Shown here: positions 1 through 9,978 of the stretch, one piece after another | Layout of the letters: every line of letters begins with the position of its first letter | How positions within the stretch are numbered: position 1 is the stretch's first letter | Origin: a virus | Taxonomy: Duplodnaviria; Caudoviricetes | IMG/VR virus record: IMGVR_UViG_3300037484_000558 | Coordinates: 1-37,749 of that record | Length of the DNA: 37,749 bases | Reading direction: 5' to 3' (one strand) | Notes under the pieces: generated by a model | Database searches by the model: none | The model's input: the letters and a program-made list of their open reading frames with translations, nothing else | Told to the model about the DNA's origin: nothing | Made by a program: the position numbers and the translations under genes

Positions 1-1
1 T

Positions 2-364
2 TTGGATATTTTGCAACTCGTTCCCAGGCGCTCCGACCGCACGTCCTGTTGACTCGAACTCGTTCGGATTGGTCGTGATATACCCGAGCCAAACTTGGCC
101 CAGATGATCGGTCAACTGAATCTTGCTCCGATAGTAGGACACGATGAAGGCCCTCAATTCGAGGGCCTTACCGCGTGTCAATGTGAATCGGAGTTGCAAA
201 CGCTTCCGCAAGTCTTTCGACTTGACGTACGTGTAAACGGTGTTGTTGATCGAACGTTTGATATCGACCGTTTGGCGCGAACCTTCCAGGTCTCCAAACT
301 CTGGATTCGGAAGATACGTGTACGTCTGCATTGCCGGATATGGTGCGCCAAGTCTTACAGTCAT
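2..364 (-). CDS. Tail-tip (distal-tail-like) protein, truncated by the window edge; not in the ORF track
   Basis: ATG at 364 overlaps the upstream stop (ATGA). Frame MTVRLGAPYPAMQTYTYLPNPEFGDLEG... stays open to the edge. It resembles the C-terminal domain of 361..1767 (PEFG; LTDHLGQVWLGYITT vs LTDWEGRTWHGVVTT). Confidence 0.75.
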   Translation of the reverse strand, partial: MTVRLGAPYPAMQTYTYLPNPEFGDLEGSRQTVDIKRSINNTVYTYVKSKDLRKRLQLRFTLTRGKALELRAFIVSYYRSKIQLTDHLGQVWLGYITTNPNEFESTGRAVGAPGNELQNIQ

Positions 365-1767
365 TGTAGTTCTCCATCGAACTCGAAGGATAGGTCAACG
401 ATTCCTCGGCGTGATCGAATTAGATCGGCGTCTGGAGTCGTAACAACGCCGTGCCACGTCCGCCCTTCCCAATCCGTCAATCCTACCTCAAGACCGAGTG
501 TATCGTTGAAGAAGTCTTGCACGGCTTGTGCTTGGGCTTCCGTAAGCCCTGTGAAAGTCAACGCAAGCTGCTTGCTCTTCGGCCACGTAGGGTCTGCAAA
601 TATCTGTAGCGTCCCGCCCCGCGACTCACGGTTGATTCGCGTGAAATTAAGACGCTCTCTATTCCCAAACTCCGGCACCCTGATATTAACCTCAAGGGTC
701 GGAGAAGTCGTCGGGTAGAATAACCGCACGAAGTTCTGAGGCGTCAGCGTCGGCATCGTAATGGCCGGTGGGGTCGGACCTGTTCCCTCCCCGACGTTTG
801 GAGAGTAGTTACAAGTATCGACGGCGTCTTCCCACACGATCGCTTGCGTGAACACCAGGCCATTGGTTACTGTTCGATCCCAGACCGTACCAGCGGCGGA
901 CGCCGCCTGCGTAAATACTATGTCGCTCTCGACTTGATTGATTCGGTCCTTTGCGACTACCTGCATAAAGACCAGCGTCTGCTGGGCCGTTCGGAACACC
1001 GGGAGTGTAGCTCGGTCTGTAAAGACTAAGTCCTGCGATACGGACTGATCGACCGCCCCGGCGAGAATCTTAACCTTGACCGCCAAGTCCGTGAAGACAA
1101 GATTACTGGAGGCGTCTCGTTCGAGACCGCCTTCAATAATCAAAGTCTTCAACGCTTGCTGTGTCAGCACCAAACCATTACTAGCGAGCAATGTCTGGAG
1201 CGACGAGATTCCTTGGTCCGTCAACAATAGCGTTTGGACGACGTGTTCAAGATACGGCGTTGGATTCGTGGTCGCCGCGTACTGGCTGAACACCAGCATC
1301 GACGACACTGATTCTACAAACAAAGACGAGAGGGCTTCCTGGGTAAAGACCAAACTGTTGGAAGCACTGTGTTGCTTTGTTTGGCCCGGCTCCGGCAAGT
1401 CCTGACTAAGAACAAGATCATTGTCAGTAGTGGGCTGCAGCGTGATTTCCGAAGCTGCGGTATCGTCAAAGATCGCGTTCTGATTGATCCCGTAGATTTG
1501 CTCGACAGCATTCGTATCCGAAAAAATCAAACTGCTGTCGGCCGTCTCCTCGATGGCCGGGGAGGCTTCCATCAGCACGTAAATCGCGTAACGATACAGG
1601 CGTACGTCCGGCGTCGCGGGATCGCCGGCTACGTCGGCATTCAAACGAGTAACACGTAACGTCGGGTCAGTTAAGCCGGCGACGTCGGCATTGACCCGAG
1701 TTACCCTCAATGTCGGGTCGGTCAAGCCGGCTACATCCGCATTTAGTCGTGTGACTCGTAGTGTCAT
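361..1767 (-). CDS. Tail/virion protein with N-terminal repeats and a distal-tail-like C-terminal domain (468 aa)
   Basis: Long ORF coupled to its neighbours, downstream of the tape measure. Has 17-aa N-terminal repeats and many LVF-x-[DQ] repeats. Confidence 0.7.
   Translation of the reverse strand: MTLRVTRLNADVAGLTDPTLRVTRVNADVAGLTDPTLRVTRLNADVAGDPATPDVRLYRYAIYVLMEASPAIEETADSSLIFSDTNAVEQIYGINQNAIFDDTAASEITLQPTTDNDLVLSQDLPEPGQTKQHSASNSLVFTQEALSSLFVESVSSMLVFSQYAATTNPTPYLEHVVQTLLLTDQGISSLQTLLASNGLVLTQQALKTLIIEGGLERDASSNLVFTDLAVKVKILAGAVDQSVSQDLVFTDRATLPVFRTAQQTLVFMQVVAKDRINQVESDIVFTQAASAAGTVWDRTVTNGLVFTQAIVWEDAVDTCNYSPNVGEGTGPTPPAITMPTLTPQNFVRLFYPTTSPTLEVNIRVPEFGNRERLNFTRINRESRGGTLQIFADPTWPKSKQLALTFTGLTEAQAQAVQDFFNDTLGLEVGLTDWEGRTWHGVVTTPDADLIRSRRGIVDLSFEFDGELQ
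1624..1764 (-). repeat. About three 51-bp coding repeats (TLRVTR[LV]NADVAGLTDP)
   Basis: Near-identical peptide repeats with synonymous DNA differences. Confidence 0.85.
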
Positions 1768-1768
1768 G

Positions 1769-2848
1769 TTAGCCTACCTCTACGCCTGTTTGCATCCCGT
1801 TGACTTCAGAGACAGCCCAAGCTGCTGCCGTGTCCGGATTCGTCTCGAAGACGTGCTTAGTTGTCTTGTACGATGTCGTCGAGATGCCTTGCGTCGTGCC
1901 ATTACCCTCGGTCGTTCCACTCTTGACCTTCGGAATTTGATTCATCGTCCCGGTATCAACCTTGGAGGTCATGTTGACCTGTACGGCTTTCACATCCGAG
2001 GCGATGAAAGTCAGTGCCGCCATGTTGACGAGAGTCTCATTGCCGACAGTGTTGCTCTCTATGTAGGTCGTATCATCATCCGGCGGATCGTCGTCCAACA
2101 AAGCATACGAATCAGTTCCAGTACTGAGTGTAAAATCTTCCGAATCACCGTCGGCATCCGGGAGGGTAGACTCAATCTTGATCGGCCCTAGGAACGCCGA
2201 ATCGCTGATGTACACGTCATCGTAATTCAACTGACTGTTCTGGTTGTCGGCATCACCGTCGATTCCATACAGTCGAAGATGCGTGCCGATCGTTCCCGTC
2301 TCAGACGTGTCAATGCTACTGACGTTCATCTTCTCGACACCATTCACTCGAATGATGACGGAACCACCTGTGCCCGTGGCGATCACAACCTTGTATTCGA
2401 TGTAGGACCAGTGTCCGGGCATACAAGCGTCAACGGCCACAGTTGCTGACGTTATCGGGCTGCTACCGAAGTTCGTGCTTTGCACCCGCAAAGTGGCGTT
2501 GTTGACAAGGTAGATCGCCGTATTCAGGACGCTGTTCACTTCGTTCCAGATACCGAACAGAAGTGACGAGGCAACCAGAGTCGTTCTAGGACGGACAGCG
2601 AATCCAATGTATACAGTCGAAAGATTCGAGCCGAAGGGCAACTGGACGTAGTGTTGGTCAGCACTACCGTCCGAACCTAGAGACAAGGCGAATCCATTCC
2701 CACCCCATCCCGTCCAGATCCGAGGACCAGTACCACCAGTCCACAGGTTGTTGTACTTCTTGTCGATAGCCGTCTGTACCGCCGATGATCCGCCGCTGCC
2801 GGTCGTGGTCCCAAGACCCTCGAAACCTTCAAGTAGAAGAATCGCCAT
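1769..2848 (-). CDS. Virion structural protein, beta-sandwich/lectin-like (359 aa)
   Basis: Tail-module position; full-length paralog of 2848..3942 (LLxEGFEGLGTTTG start; DDxY; PDAD; YALxD). Confidence 0.7.
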   Translation of the reverse strand: MAILLLEGFEGLGTTTGSGGSSAVQTAIDKKYNNLWTGGTGPRIWTGWGGNGFALSLGSDGSADQHYVQLPFGSNLSTVYIGFAVRPRTTLVASSLLFGIWNEVNSVLNTAIYLVNNATLRVQSTNFGSSPITSATVAVDACMPGHWSYIEYKVVIATGTGGSVIIRVNGVEKMNVSSIDTSETGTIGTHLRLYGIDGDADNQNSQLNYDDVYISDSAFLGPIKIESTLPDADGDSEDFTLSTGTDSYALLDDDPPDDDTTYIESNTVGNETLVNMAALTFIASDVKAVQVNMTSKVDTGTMNQIPKVKSGTTEGNGTTQGISTTSYKTTKHVFETNPDTAAAWAVSEVNGMQTGVEVG

Positions 2849-3942
2849 TAGGTTTGTACCTCCATCCCGAACTCGGCTGCATTGATTCCAGACTCAGTCC
2901 AGAACAAGCCGGTATCGGGGTCAGTTTCGAGAATTCGACGCACGGCAACAGGATCGTCGGCATCGGAGATACCAACCGAGGCACCGTTGCTTGTAGTTGC
3001 ACCAGACTCCACGACATTGCGAATGTTTCTTACCCCGGCGCTGTTCACCTTGACAAGAGCTTCTTGCATCACGGCCTTGAAGCTACCAGAGCCAACAGGT
3101 TGCATCGAGAACGCCTCACGGTTTGTCGCCGTTACGCCATCTAAGTAGTCGGCGAAATCTTCCTCCGCCTCATCCACCAGAGCGTAGTGATCGACGCCGA
3201 CACTGGGTGTAAAATCATTCGGGCTGGCGTCCGCGTCCGGATAGTATGCTCGAATCACAGTGTTGATACCCAGGAAGTCGTTGTTGATCGAACCATCTGA
3301 ATTCAACACGTACAGGTCATCAAGCAAGAACTGTGTTTCTGGCGTACCACTTCGTTGTGAACTAAATCGTATAAAGCCAACATTACCGTCGGAATCTTGA
3401 GTGTCAATGCCCGATGCAGATAGGATAGTCGAGCCATCCAGTTTCAAGTCGTATGATCCGGCACTTGGGTGTATCAGGACTTTCCATTCCAAGTGATACC
3501 ACGTATCAGTTGTCAACACAACTCCAGATGTTGCCAGTGTAACAACCGCGCCAAGCTTGATCCGAAACTTATTCTGATCGACGATATTCAATTGGAATTG
3601 CGAGTTCTCAAATGTCCCAAGAACTGACACACTGTGAAAGCTGATGAAAGTCCTATCTTCCGATTGCGTCGAACTGCTCGTCTTGAAACGCAAACCAACA
3701 ATCAGAGTCTTGCCGTATTGGTTCTCGGGGAACATATAGTTCCATTCACCAGTGGCAAAAGGGTCGCCCCAAGAATAGGCATAACCTATTGCATTGTACC
3801 CAGCTTCCAAGTGTCCAAAGTTGGCGCTCGGGTAGCTACCAAAGTAGCCACGTCTGCGGAAACGGGTATTGAATGCGGCGGCAGCACCGACGCCAGTCGT
3901 TGTTCCAAGGCCCTCGAAGCCTTCCATCAGCAATACTGACAT
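2848..3942 (-). CDS. Virion structural protein, paralog of 1769..2848 (364 aa)
   Basis: Start moved to ATG 3942 (MSVLLMEGFEG), which has GGAGG upstream and aligns with the paralog's N-terminus. Confidence 0.7.
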   Translation of the reverse strand: MSVLLMEGFEGLGTTTGVGAAAAFNTRFRRRGYFGSYPSANFGHLEAGYNAIGYAYSWGDPFATGEWNYMFPENQYGKTLIVGLRFKTSSSTQSEDRTFISFHSVSVLGTFENSQFQLNIVDQNKFRIKLGAVVTLATSGVVLTTDTWYHLEWKVLIHPSAGSYDLKLDGSTILSASGIDTQDSDGNVGFIRFSSQRSGTPETQFLLDDLYVLNSDGSINNDFLGINTVIRAYYPDADASPNDFTPSVGVDHYALVDEAEEDFADYLDGVTATNREAFSMQPVGSGSFKAVMQEALVKVNSAGVRNIRNVVESGATTSNGASVGISDADDPVAVRRILETDPDTGLFWTESGINAAEFGMEVQT

Positions 3943-3953
3943 AAGTGCCTCCG

Positions 3954-3990
3954 AAAGAAGCCGCACCGGCCAGCGAGACCGGTGCGGCTT
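3954..3990 (-). terminator. Intrinsic terminator-like hairpin
   Basis: 12-bp stem AAGCCGCACCGG/CCGGTGCGGCTT followed by CTTTC on the minus strand, just after the 4011..4727 stop. Confidence 0.7.
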
Positions 3991-4010
3991 GATTTTGAAA
4001 TCAGATCAGA

Positions 4011-4727
4011 TCAGGTCGTCGAAGCGTTGACCGTGTAGGTCACTTTCAACTGGTCGCCATTCTGTACCGCGACGTTACTCGCGAACGCGGCTGTCGACCA
4101 CAGCTTGTTGGGCGGCGTCGTACCGGGGGCGTGATCCGCCTTCGTCTGCGAATTCTCGCCGGCGACCACGCCGATGCCCTTGATGGTGCCACTGGCGGTA
4201 ATGTCGTACACCGCCTGGGTGGCGTTGGTAATGGATTGGGCCGAGGGTGCGCCGGCGGGCCACTCGGGCCGTGTCGTCGCGTTGTCACCGTTGTTTGCGT
4301 CCGTGTAATTGGTGAACTCGTCCCAACCGTTACCAGCCTGGTTGATGTTATCGTACGTGTCGGTCGCTGCCAGAGCCGACCAACCCGTCACGGCGTCAAT
4401 TAACAGGGCGTACCACGTGGTCTTCTGGTCGCCACCGTCGAACTGTACGTCGAGGATGTCGTTCAAACCTTCGTTCGTGATTCCGTTGGTGCACTCGTAC
4501 TCGGCGATCTTCTCGCCACCACGGAAGTGTTCCACAACGTAGGCACCATGACCGAACAGCTGCTCACCAGCGAACTGGTGAAACTGATTCCGGTTGGCAT
4601 TGCCCAGGGCCGGACCCTGCGGCGATGTGCCTTTCACGACCTTCACAAGATGTCCCTTCTCCGGCCGATTGATAGCGTGCCGGAGACGAGAGTGCCGCAA
4701 CCGTCGAGCCAACTTTTCGGGTGTCAT
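4011..4727 (-). CDS. Putative virion structural (tail) protein (238 aa)
   Basis: Directly follows the tape measure. NGITNEGLN...GDQLKVTY pattern resembles small phage tail/baseplate proteins; basic N-terminal extension. Confidence 0.6.
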   Translation of the reverse strand: MTPEKLARRLRHSRLRHAINRPEKGHLVKVVKGTSPQGPALGNANRNQFHQFAGEQLFGHGAYVVEHFRGGEKIAEYECTNGITNEGLNDILDVQFDGGDQKTTWYALLIDAVTGWSALAATDTYDNINQAGNGWDEFTNYTDANNGDNATTRPEWPAGAPSAQSITNATQAVYDITASGTIKGIGVVAGENSQTKADHAPGTTPPNKLWSTAAFASNVAVQNGDQLKVTYTVNASTT

Positions 4728-4729
4728 TC

Positions 4730-7700
4730 TTACCTCCCTAAGGTGAATGTCTTTCTACGAAGCTCGCGGTTGAGTTGATTCATCACTTCGCGAGCAGTAG
4801 CACGAGGACTGGCGGATTCTGTCACGTTGATTTTAATATCACCAACGTTAGTTGTCGTGCCACCTTCCTGTCGAAACACTGGAGTCACTCCGGCGTTCAT
4901 CGCCTGAATCTGCGGAAAGAACTTCTGCGTGGCACCAACTGTATTCACAGACTCACCACGCGTCAGCATGGCCAACTGATTGTCCGTCCCAAGAGGGCCA
5001 CCCAAAGCGCGATAAATCGTTCTCGGATCAAGGATCACGCCACCGTCCTGGCGAAACGCGATGCCACCAAACATTCGTCCCTGAGCACCGGCACCACTAC
5101 CAGACTGCAAAGAGTTACGCTCTTTGAGCAGATCGATTTCCCTTTGGGTGTTCCGTTGGGCCTCAACCGAGCCAGAGTTGACTTGGCTGTAACCTTCCTT
5201 AGCCACTATGCCCAATCGAATGTGCTCTTCTTCGATCCCTTTCGTCGCATCCCCTAGGGCCTTGGTTTGTTCCTCAAGGGGCTTCAGAGTTTCCGCAGAT
5301 TCCCTCAAAATGTCACGTGCTTTTGAAGTCTGGCCCAAAGCTACCAACTTATTAACTAACTCATCAATCTGTTTTGCTAACTCTGGAAATCCAGACTGTC
5401 TTGCTCGAAGAGCCATTTGTTGGATTTCAAGAATTTTCCTTGCCGCCAGCTGCGGATCAAGTGCTTCCAAACTGAAGGCTCTCTGGGCTTCAGTTGTTAA
5501 GTTGACTAGTTCTTGAGTCAGATTTCTAGCGGCATCCTGCGTCTCGCGTGCTCCAGGTAGTTTGATAGCCTCTGGAGTCAAACTCCGGAGAATTGCTACA
5601 GCATCATTTAGTGCCGAAGAAACCCCAGTCGCTTCATTCGCAAATAGTCTTAGAGACAGACGCGACACTTTCTCGTTGATGTTTCCGAGTAGGCCATCAA
5701 TCTCGACGTACAAGTTCTCCTGGTCGACGAGATTGGTGTTAAGATCAAGCGTAGCCTTCTCAGCATCCGCAAGATTCTTTGGTCGCTGAGTTACCGCGTT
5801 CTGTACGTTCTCAAAACCCTTCTCACTTATCTTAATCTTGAAAATACTTTCAAGTGCAATCTTCTCGGCCTCTGGAATAGAGGCTGCTTGCGTCCTAAGG
5901 ATTTTCAAGATTGTTCCGAAATTGAGATCAAACGCATTCTCCAAATTGATCCGCACACCTGTCCGTGGATCACGGAATCGGTCCTGAACCTTTCTGATCA
6001 ACGGACCGAAGTCTGGGTCGTACTTCTCGAACAGTTGAATCTGACTTCCAAGTTGATCCAATATCTTTGTGATATTGGCGGCGTACTCCGTTGCTTTCTT
6101 CTTGGCGTCTTCCGGTTCCAACTCGGGATCAAACTTCAACTTATCCGAGATAAGTTCCATTTTCTCCAACGCTTCCACATTGGCCTTCAATTGGAACAGC
6201 AGGTTCTGGGCGCCTGGCAATTGTTTCTTCGCCAACTCGACCAGTTCGAGACGCTTCTGCTTCTCAGCTTCTGCGGTCGCAACATTCTGCTGCAGCAATG
6301 CCTGAACCTGGCGAACGGCTCGAAACTCCAAAGCTCTGTTGTTCGCACTGTCCGCGACACTCAAAGCCGCTTTCGCCGCGGACTCAGCCTCTTGTTGCAA
6401 TTCTGCGCCGGCTTCTTTGTTGCCAGCGGCGAACTGTTCTGAGGCTCTTGCCGCCAACTCCTGCGATCGTTGGACCTGCAACATGACCTGACGGCTAGCG
6501 TCCAGGTCTTTAATCTGACGCTCGAATTGGAATCCTTCCAAGCTGAGAGCAGCACTCTTGATATTATCATCAAGACTCTTCAACGAGTTGTCGGCGTCTA
6601 TTGTCGCATCATTCAGCTTACTGACGAAATCTTCGACAAGACTCAGGCGATCCTGAATCTGTTCACCGATGGAATCAGTGAACGCCGCTTGAAGATCGGC
6701 AGCAACCCTCGCGTCCTTCGTCCACCGTTGCTGCAAGTTAAGCAACAAGACCTGAGTCTGACTGAAGATCGCGTCTTCAGTCTTCTCCAGTTCAGCACGA
6801 CGAAGAGTCTCAGTCCGGATAGTCGATCTTAACTGGGAGTTGTTCCCTTCAATAACAGCATCCGCAGCCTTCCTTGCTGACGTCGCGAAGCTGTCGAATG
6901 CGGCAGAAGCACCGAGCACTAAGCCAGCCGCAAGTAATGCGGCTCCAAGTGGGGTAGCCGCAAATGCGAACATGGCGTCCGTGGCTGCTACACCGGCTGC
7001 GGTTAACGTCGCCAAAGAGACCGATGTTCCTAATGCTGCCGTACTGATTCCGGCGGCACTGATGATAAAAGCACCTGCGGCTGCACCGAATACTACACCG
7101 AAAGTCTTGACAGTAGCGGCACCACCACCGAAAGCTTCAAAGATAGCATTGATGCCTTTCAACGCTTCCTGGCCGAACCCAGCTACAAACAGATTCTTGA
7201 TATCGGCCAGTTCACGTTTGATTTTAGTAGCATCAGTCTCGAAAATCGTCGAGAACGCTTTCTCCAGATCAATCTCGCTTGCGTTCTTGATTTGGTCAAG
7301 TGTGTCGCCGAATGTCTCGGCTGCACTACCTGTCAAACCCAAGACGCCGCGGATAGCTCGTATTCGGTTGAACAACTTCCCGAGTTCGGTTCCGGTCCCG
7401 TCTGTCTGATCCGCAAGCTTCTGTAGAAAGCCCTGGAATCCGAACGCCTGGATACCGGCTTCAGCCGAGGCGATACCCATACGATCAAACAATTTGCGAA
7501 GATTTTCCGACGGACTGATCAGTTTCAACTGCGTGTTCGTGATGAGGGTGAAAGCCTCATTATATCGCAGACCAGTGATGGTAAGCTCAGCAATGGAAGC
7601 TAACAACTCATCCTGGGACACACCCAATTGATCCGAAAGAACCGCGACGCGCCCATACGTGTTCGCAAATTCTTCAGCACGGATTCGACCTAACTCGATT

Positions 7701-8746
7701 GTCTTGAACAGTTTTCCAGAAACCACGTCAGCTTGTGTAGCCGACAAACCGAATGAGTTGATCGATGACGACAGCAAGTTAACTGCTGAGTCCGTTCCAG
7801 TTACACTGGCGGCTGCAAACTTGGTCGCCGTTGCAAGAAACTGAAAATTCTCCGCCCCGTCAGCGACCTGATTGGATAGGGTTTGATACAACCCCTCTGT
7901 CACAACATCAAGTGGCTGTCCGAAGGCGCTCGAAATCTCAACTACACGATCATTCAGTTCGCCGAGCGACAAATCCAAGTCTCGGCTGACTGTCTGAATC
8001 TCAGCCAGAGACGTTTGATAGTCAATCGCTTTGGACACACCGTCCGCAAAGGCATCCGAAACCTGTGAGATTCCACGGTGTATCAATTGGATCGCAAAGA
8101 TGCGGGCAACCGACTCCCAAGACAGCAGTACGGTCTTGCCCGCCGTGACACCTTGCTTCCCGGCCTTTTCAATCGTGTTGCCGAATGATTCTACGCCCTT
8201 CTCGGCGTTTCGTATATTCGATACGGTCTTCTCAATGGAAGCCTGACCCTTTGGATCAATGATGCCCAATGGGTCGCGACGCTTCTTCGCTATAGCCTCT
8301 GCGGCTCTGGCTTCTTGCGTCCGCTGCAATGTCGCTTTCAGGGCAGCTTGCCGTTCTAGCTCCGTAGCACGTGCGCCCAATTCGCGGGCACGAGCAACGT
8401 CCATGATTCCTTCAGCTTGCCGAGCCTGGGCACGTAAGTCAGCGGCTCGGGCTTCCAAGCTTCCTCTGGCTGCCGAAGCTGCTTGTGCGGCTACCCGATT
8501 CGCGGCAGCCAACTCATTGAGTTTAGTAGCAGCCCGGTCCGCGGCCGTCGCTAATCCACCAAGGGAACTGGCCAATCCAGACGCTACTTTGTCGAACCTG
8601 GAGCCAGATGAATTGAAGGCAGCCGTAGCATTGCCGGCTTCCGCCATTTTCGACGTATAGGCATCAAGCTCGCCTTTGATGCGTTGAAGCACGGCGAGTG
8701 CCTCAGAGGCATCAAAGCCTAGTGATGTTCTTAGTTCGTCAGCCAT
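4730..8746 (-). CDS. Tail tape measure protein (1338 aa)
   Basis: Longest ORF, Ala/Leu-rich and helical, TP901-like core region, hydrophobic segment near the middle, GTD...AMLTRGE motif near the C-terminus; lies after the tail chaperone. Confidence 0.92.
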   Translation of the reverse strand: MADELRTSLGFDASEALAVLQRIKGELDAYTSKMAEAGNATAAFNSSGSRFDKVASGLASSLGGLATAADRAATKLNELAAANRVAAQAASAARGSLEARAADLRAQARQAEGIMDVARARELGARATELERQAALKATLQRTQEARAAEAIAKKRRDPLGIIDPKGQASIEKTVSNIRNAEKGVESFGNTIEKAGKQGVTAGKTVLLSWESVARIFAIQLIHRGISQVSDAFADGVSKAIDYQTSLAEIQTVSRDLDLSLGELNDRVVEISSAFGQPLDVVTEGLYQTLSNQVADGAENFQFLATATKFAAASVTGTDSAVNLLSSSINSFGLSATQADVVSGKLFKTIELGRIRAEEFANTYGRVAVLSDQLGVSQDELLASIAELTITGLRYNEAFTLITNTQLKLISPSENLRKLFDRMGIASAEAGIQAFGFQGFLQKLADQTDGTGTELGKLFNRIRAIRGVLGLTGSAAETFGDTLDQIKNASEIDLEKAFSTIFETDATKIKRELADIKNLFVAGFGQEALKGINAIFEAFGGGAATVKTFGVVFGAAAGAFIISAAGISTAALGTSVSLATLTAAGVAATDAMFAFAATPLGAALLAAGLVLGASAAFDSFATSARKAADAVIEGNNSQLRSTIRTETLRRAELEKTEDAIFSQTQVLLLNLQQRWTKDARVAADLQAAFTDSIGEQIQDRLSLVEDFVSKLNDATIDADNSLKSLDDNIKSAALSLEGFQFERQIKDLDASRQVMLQVQRSQELAARASEQFAAGNKEAGAELQQEAESAAKAALSVADSANNRALEFRAVRQVQALLQQNVATAEAEKQKRLELVELAKKQLPGAQNLLFQLKANVEALEKMELISDKLKFDPELEPEDAKKKATEYAANITKILDQLGSQIQLFEKYDPDFGPLIRKVQDRFRDPRTGVRINLENAFDLNFGTILKILRTQAASIPEAEKIALESIFKIKISEKGFENVQNAVTQRPKNLADAEKATLDLNTNLVDQENLYVEIDGLLGNINEKVSRLSLRLFANEATGVSSALNDAVAILRSLTPEAIKLPGARETQDAARNLTQELVNLTTEAQRAFSLEALDPQLAARKILEIQQMALRARQSGFPELAKQIDELVNKLVALGQTSKARDILRESAETLKPLEEQTKALGDATKGIEEEHIRLGIVAKEGYSQVNSGSVEAQRNTQREIDLLKERNSLQSGSGAGAQGRMFGGIAFRQDGGVILDPRTIYRALGGPLGTDNQLAMLTRGESVNTVGATQKFFPQIQAMNAGVTPVFRQEGGTTTNVGDIKINVTESASPRATAREVMNQLNRELRRKTFTLGR

Positions 8747-8747
8747 G

Positions 8748-9227
8748 TTACAGCTTCCTGACAGTTACTTTCTCGAATACGAGAGGAGGTAGTCGAACGG
8801 AGCGGGCATACTCGAAGAACGCTTCTTGCCCCGCATCGAACGACCTCCAGGGTGCAGACGGGCTACCCCGGCCGGTTGCATTCCTGACGTTGGTAAATTC
8901 CTGCAACGTGTAGTGTGGTACTTGCGTTGCAACCTCAAAGATGTAGCTGGGGAAATCCGTCAGCATCCTTGCTGATCCTAATGACTCGCCGGCAGGTATC
9001 CTGCTCTTATCCTTCAAAGGCGACAGCAGAATCTTTCCGTTCGCCAATCGGGATAGTTCGAGCAAAGAAGCACGGGCCATGCCCGACCAAAGCGGGACAC
9101 GGCCCGTGACTGCTGTTAACCAGACTCGGGCACCTTCTTCCAATTTTTCGCCTAGAAAATCATCGACGCTTTTCTTATAGGCTTCCACATTGATCGTGGC
9201 TCCCACGAATTCACCGAAGAATCTCAT
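8748..9227 (-). CDS. Putative neck/tail-completion (HK97 gp10-like) protein (159 aa)
   Basis: VPLWSGMARAS and QEF motifs resemble PVxTGxLRxS...EFG of this family; tightly coupled to neighbours. Confidence 0.45.
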   Translation of the reverse strand: MRFFGEFVGATINVEAYKKSVDDFLGEKLEEGARVWLTAVTGRVPLWSGMARASLLELSRLANGKILLSPLKDKSRIPAGESLGSARMLTDFPSYIFEVATQVPHYTLQEFTNVRNATGRGSPSAPWRSFDAGQEAFFEYARSVRLPPLVFEKVTVRKL

Positions 9228-9228
9228 G

Positions 9229-9911
9229 TTAGCCTCGTCTCTGGTTAGTTGCCTTTGCTAAAGCGTTAATTGGCCGTGCCTCAGCCTCAGCCTCGTCGTG
9301 CTCACGTATCTGGTTGTACGCGAGCATATCTGCTTGGATTTCTAGTGGGAGTTTATCCCAATCTTCCCAAGGTTTCAGGTCGAATCGCTCGCAGGCTCTC
9401 CAGATTGCGAACTTGCCAGTTCGTCCACTAGGGAGGATGATTCGTCTCTTGGAGCCTGCAGACCAGCTAAAAAACGTTTGCGAGCCTCCTCGACCGCTCG
9501 CTCACTGAGACTGTTCGCCACCAAAGCACCGTTCACGAGGCGATTGATTTCAATATCACTCAGGCCAGAATCCCGCAATTCCTTACGGAAATTGGACCAT
9601 GTCGTGTTATCGGAGATATCAACCGTCTCCCATTCGAGATCCGGTGTGCCGTCCATCAATCCCTTGACGACGATGTACGCCATCCGCTTCACGCCGTACG
9701 CTTCGCATTTCTTCACGTAGGCGGGATCGTTCGTGTTCTCGACGCGTTCGTTGTTCGGAAGAATCTTGGCCGGCGGTTTCGGGAGCGGACAGAGTTTCTC
9801 GAACTCATCAAAGTTGTCGATCGCTTTGATGAGGAACTCCAGGTCGCCATCCGGTCGCGGCAAAATCACGGGTTCAACATGGATTCCAGGGCGCTTGCCT
9901 TTGAGTTTCAT
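9229..9911 (-). CDS. gpGT-like -1 frameshift fusion (~227 aa)
   Basis: T TTT TTA at 9474-9468. The -1 frame reads SWSAGSKRRIILPSGRTGKFAIWRACERFDLKPWEDWDKLPLEIQADMLAY... to TAA at 9231-9229, 1 nt before the next ATG. Confidence 0.85.
9375..9911 (-). CDS. Tail assembly chaperone, gpG-like (178 aa)
   Basis: Between major tail protein and tape measure; GGAG RBS; contains a slippery site. Confidence 0.8.
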   Translation of the reverse strand: MKLKGKRPGIHVEPVILPRPDGDLEFLIKAIDNFDEFEKLCPLPKPPAKILPNNERVENTNDPAYVKKCEAYGVKRMAYIVVKGLMDGTPDLEWETVDISDNTTWSNFRKELRDSGLSDIEINRLVNGALVANSLSERAVEEARKRFLAGLQAPRDESSSLVDELASSQSGEPASDST

Positions 9912-9927
9912 ATCAGACTCCGGTGGT

Positions 9928-9960
9928 AGAAGATAACCCGGCCCCGAGTTGGGGCCGGGT
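9928..9960 (-). terminator. Terminator-like hairpin after the major tail gene
   Basis: ACCCGGCCCC-N5-GGGGCCGGGT followed by TATCTTCT on the minus strand. Confidence 0.7.
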
Positions 9961-9978
9961 CGGGTTGCGATTCCAAAA

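Noticed and set aside
147-169. Hairpin AAGGCCCTC-N5-GAGGGCCTT as a terminator
   Set aside because: Inside a coding frame and has no U-tract.
4560-4600. QFHQF|AG as a fourth cleavable leader site
   Set aside because: Lacks the Arg at P5 and lies about 50 residues in rather than 13.
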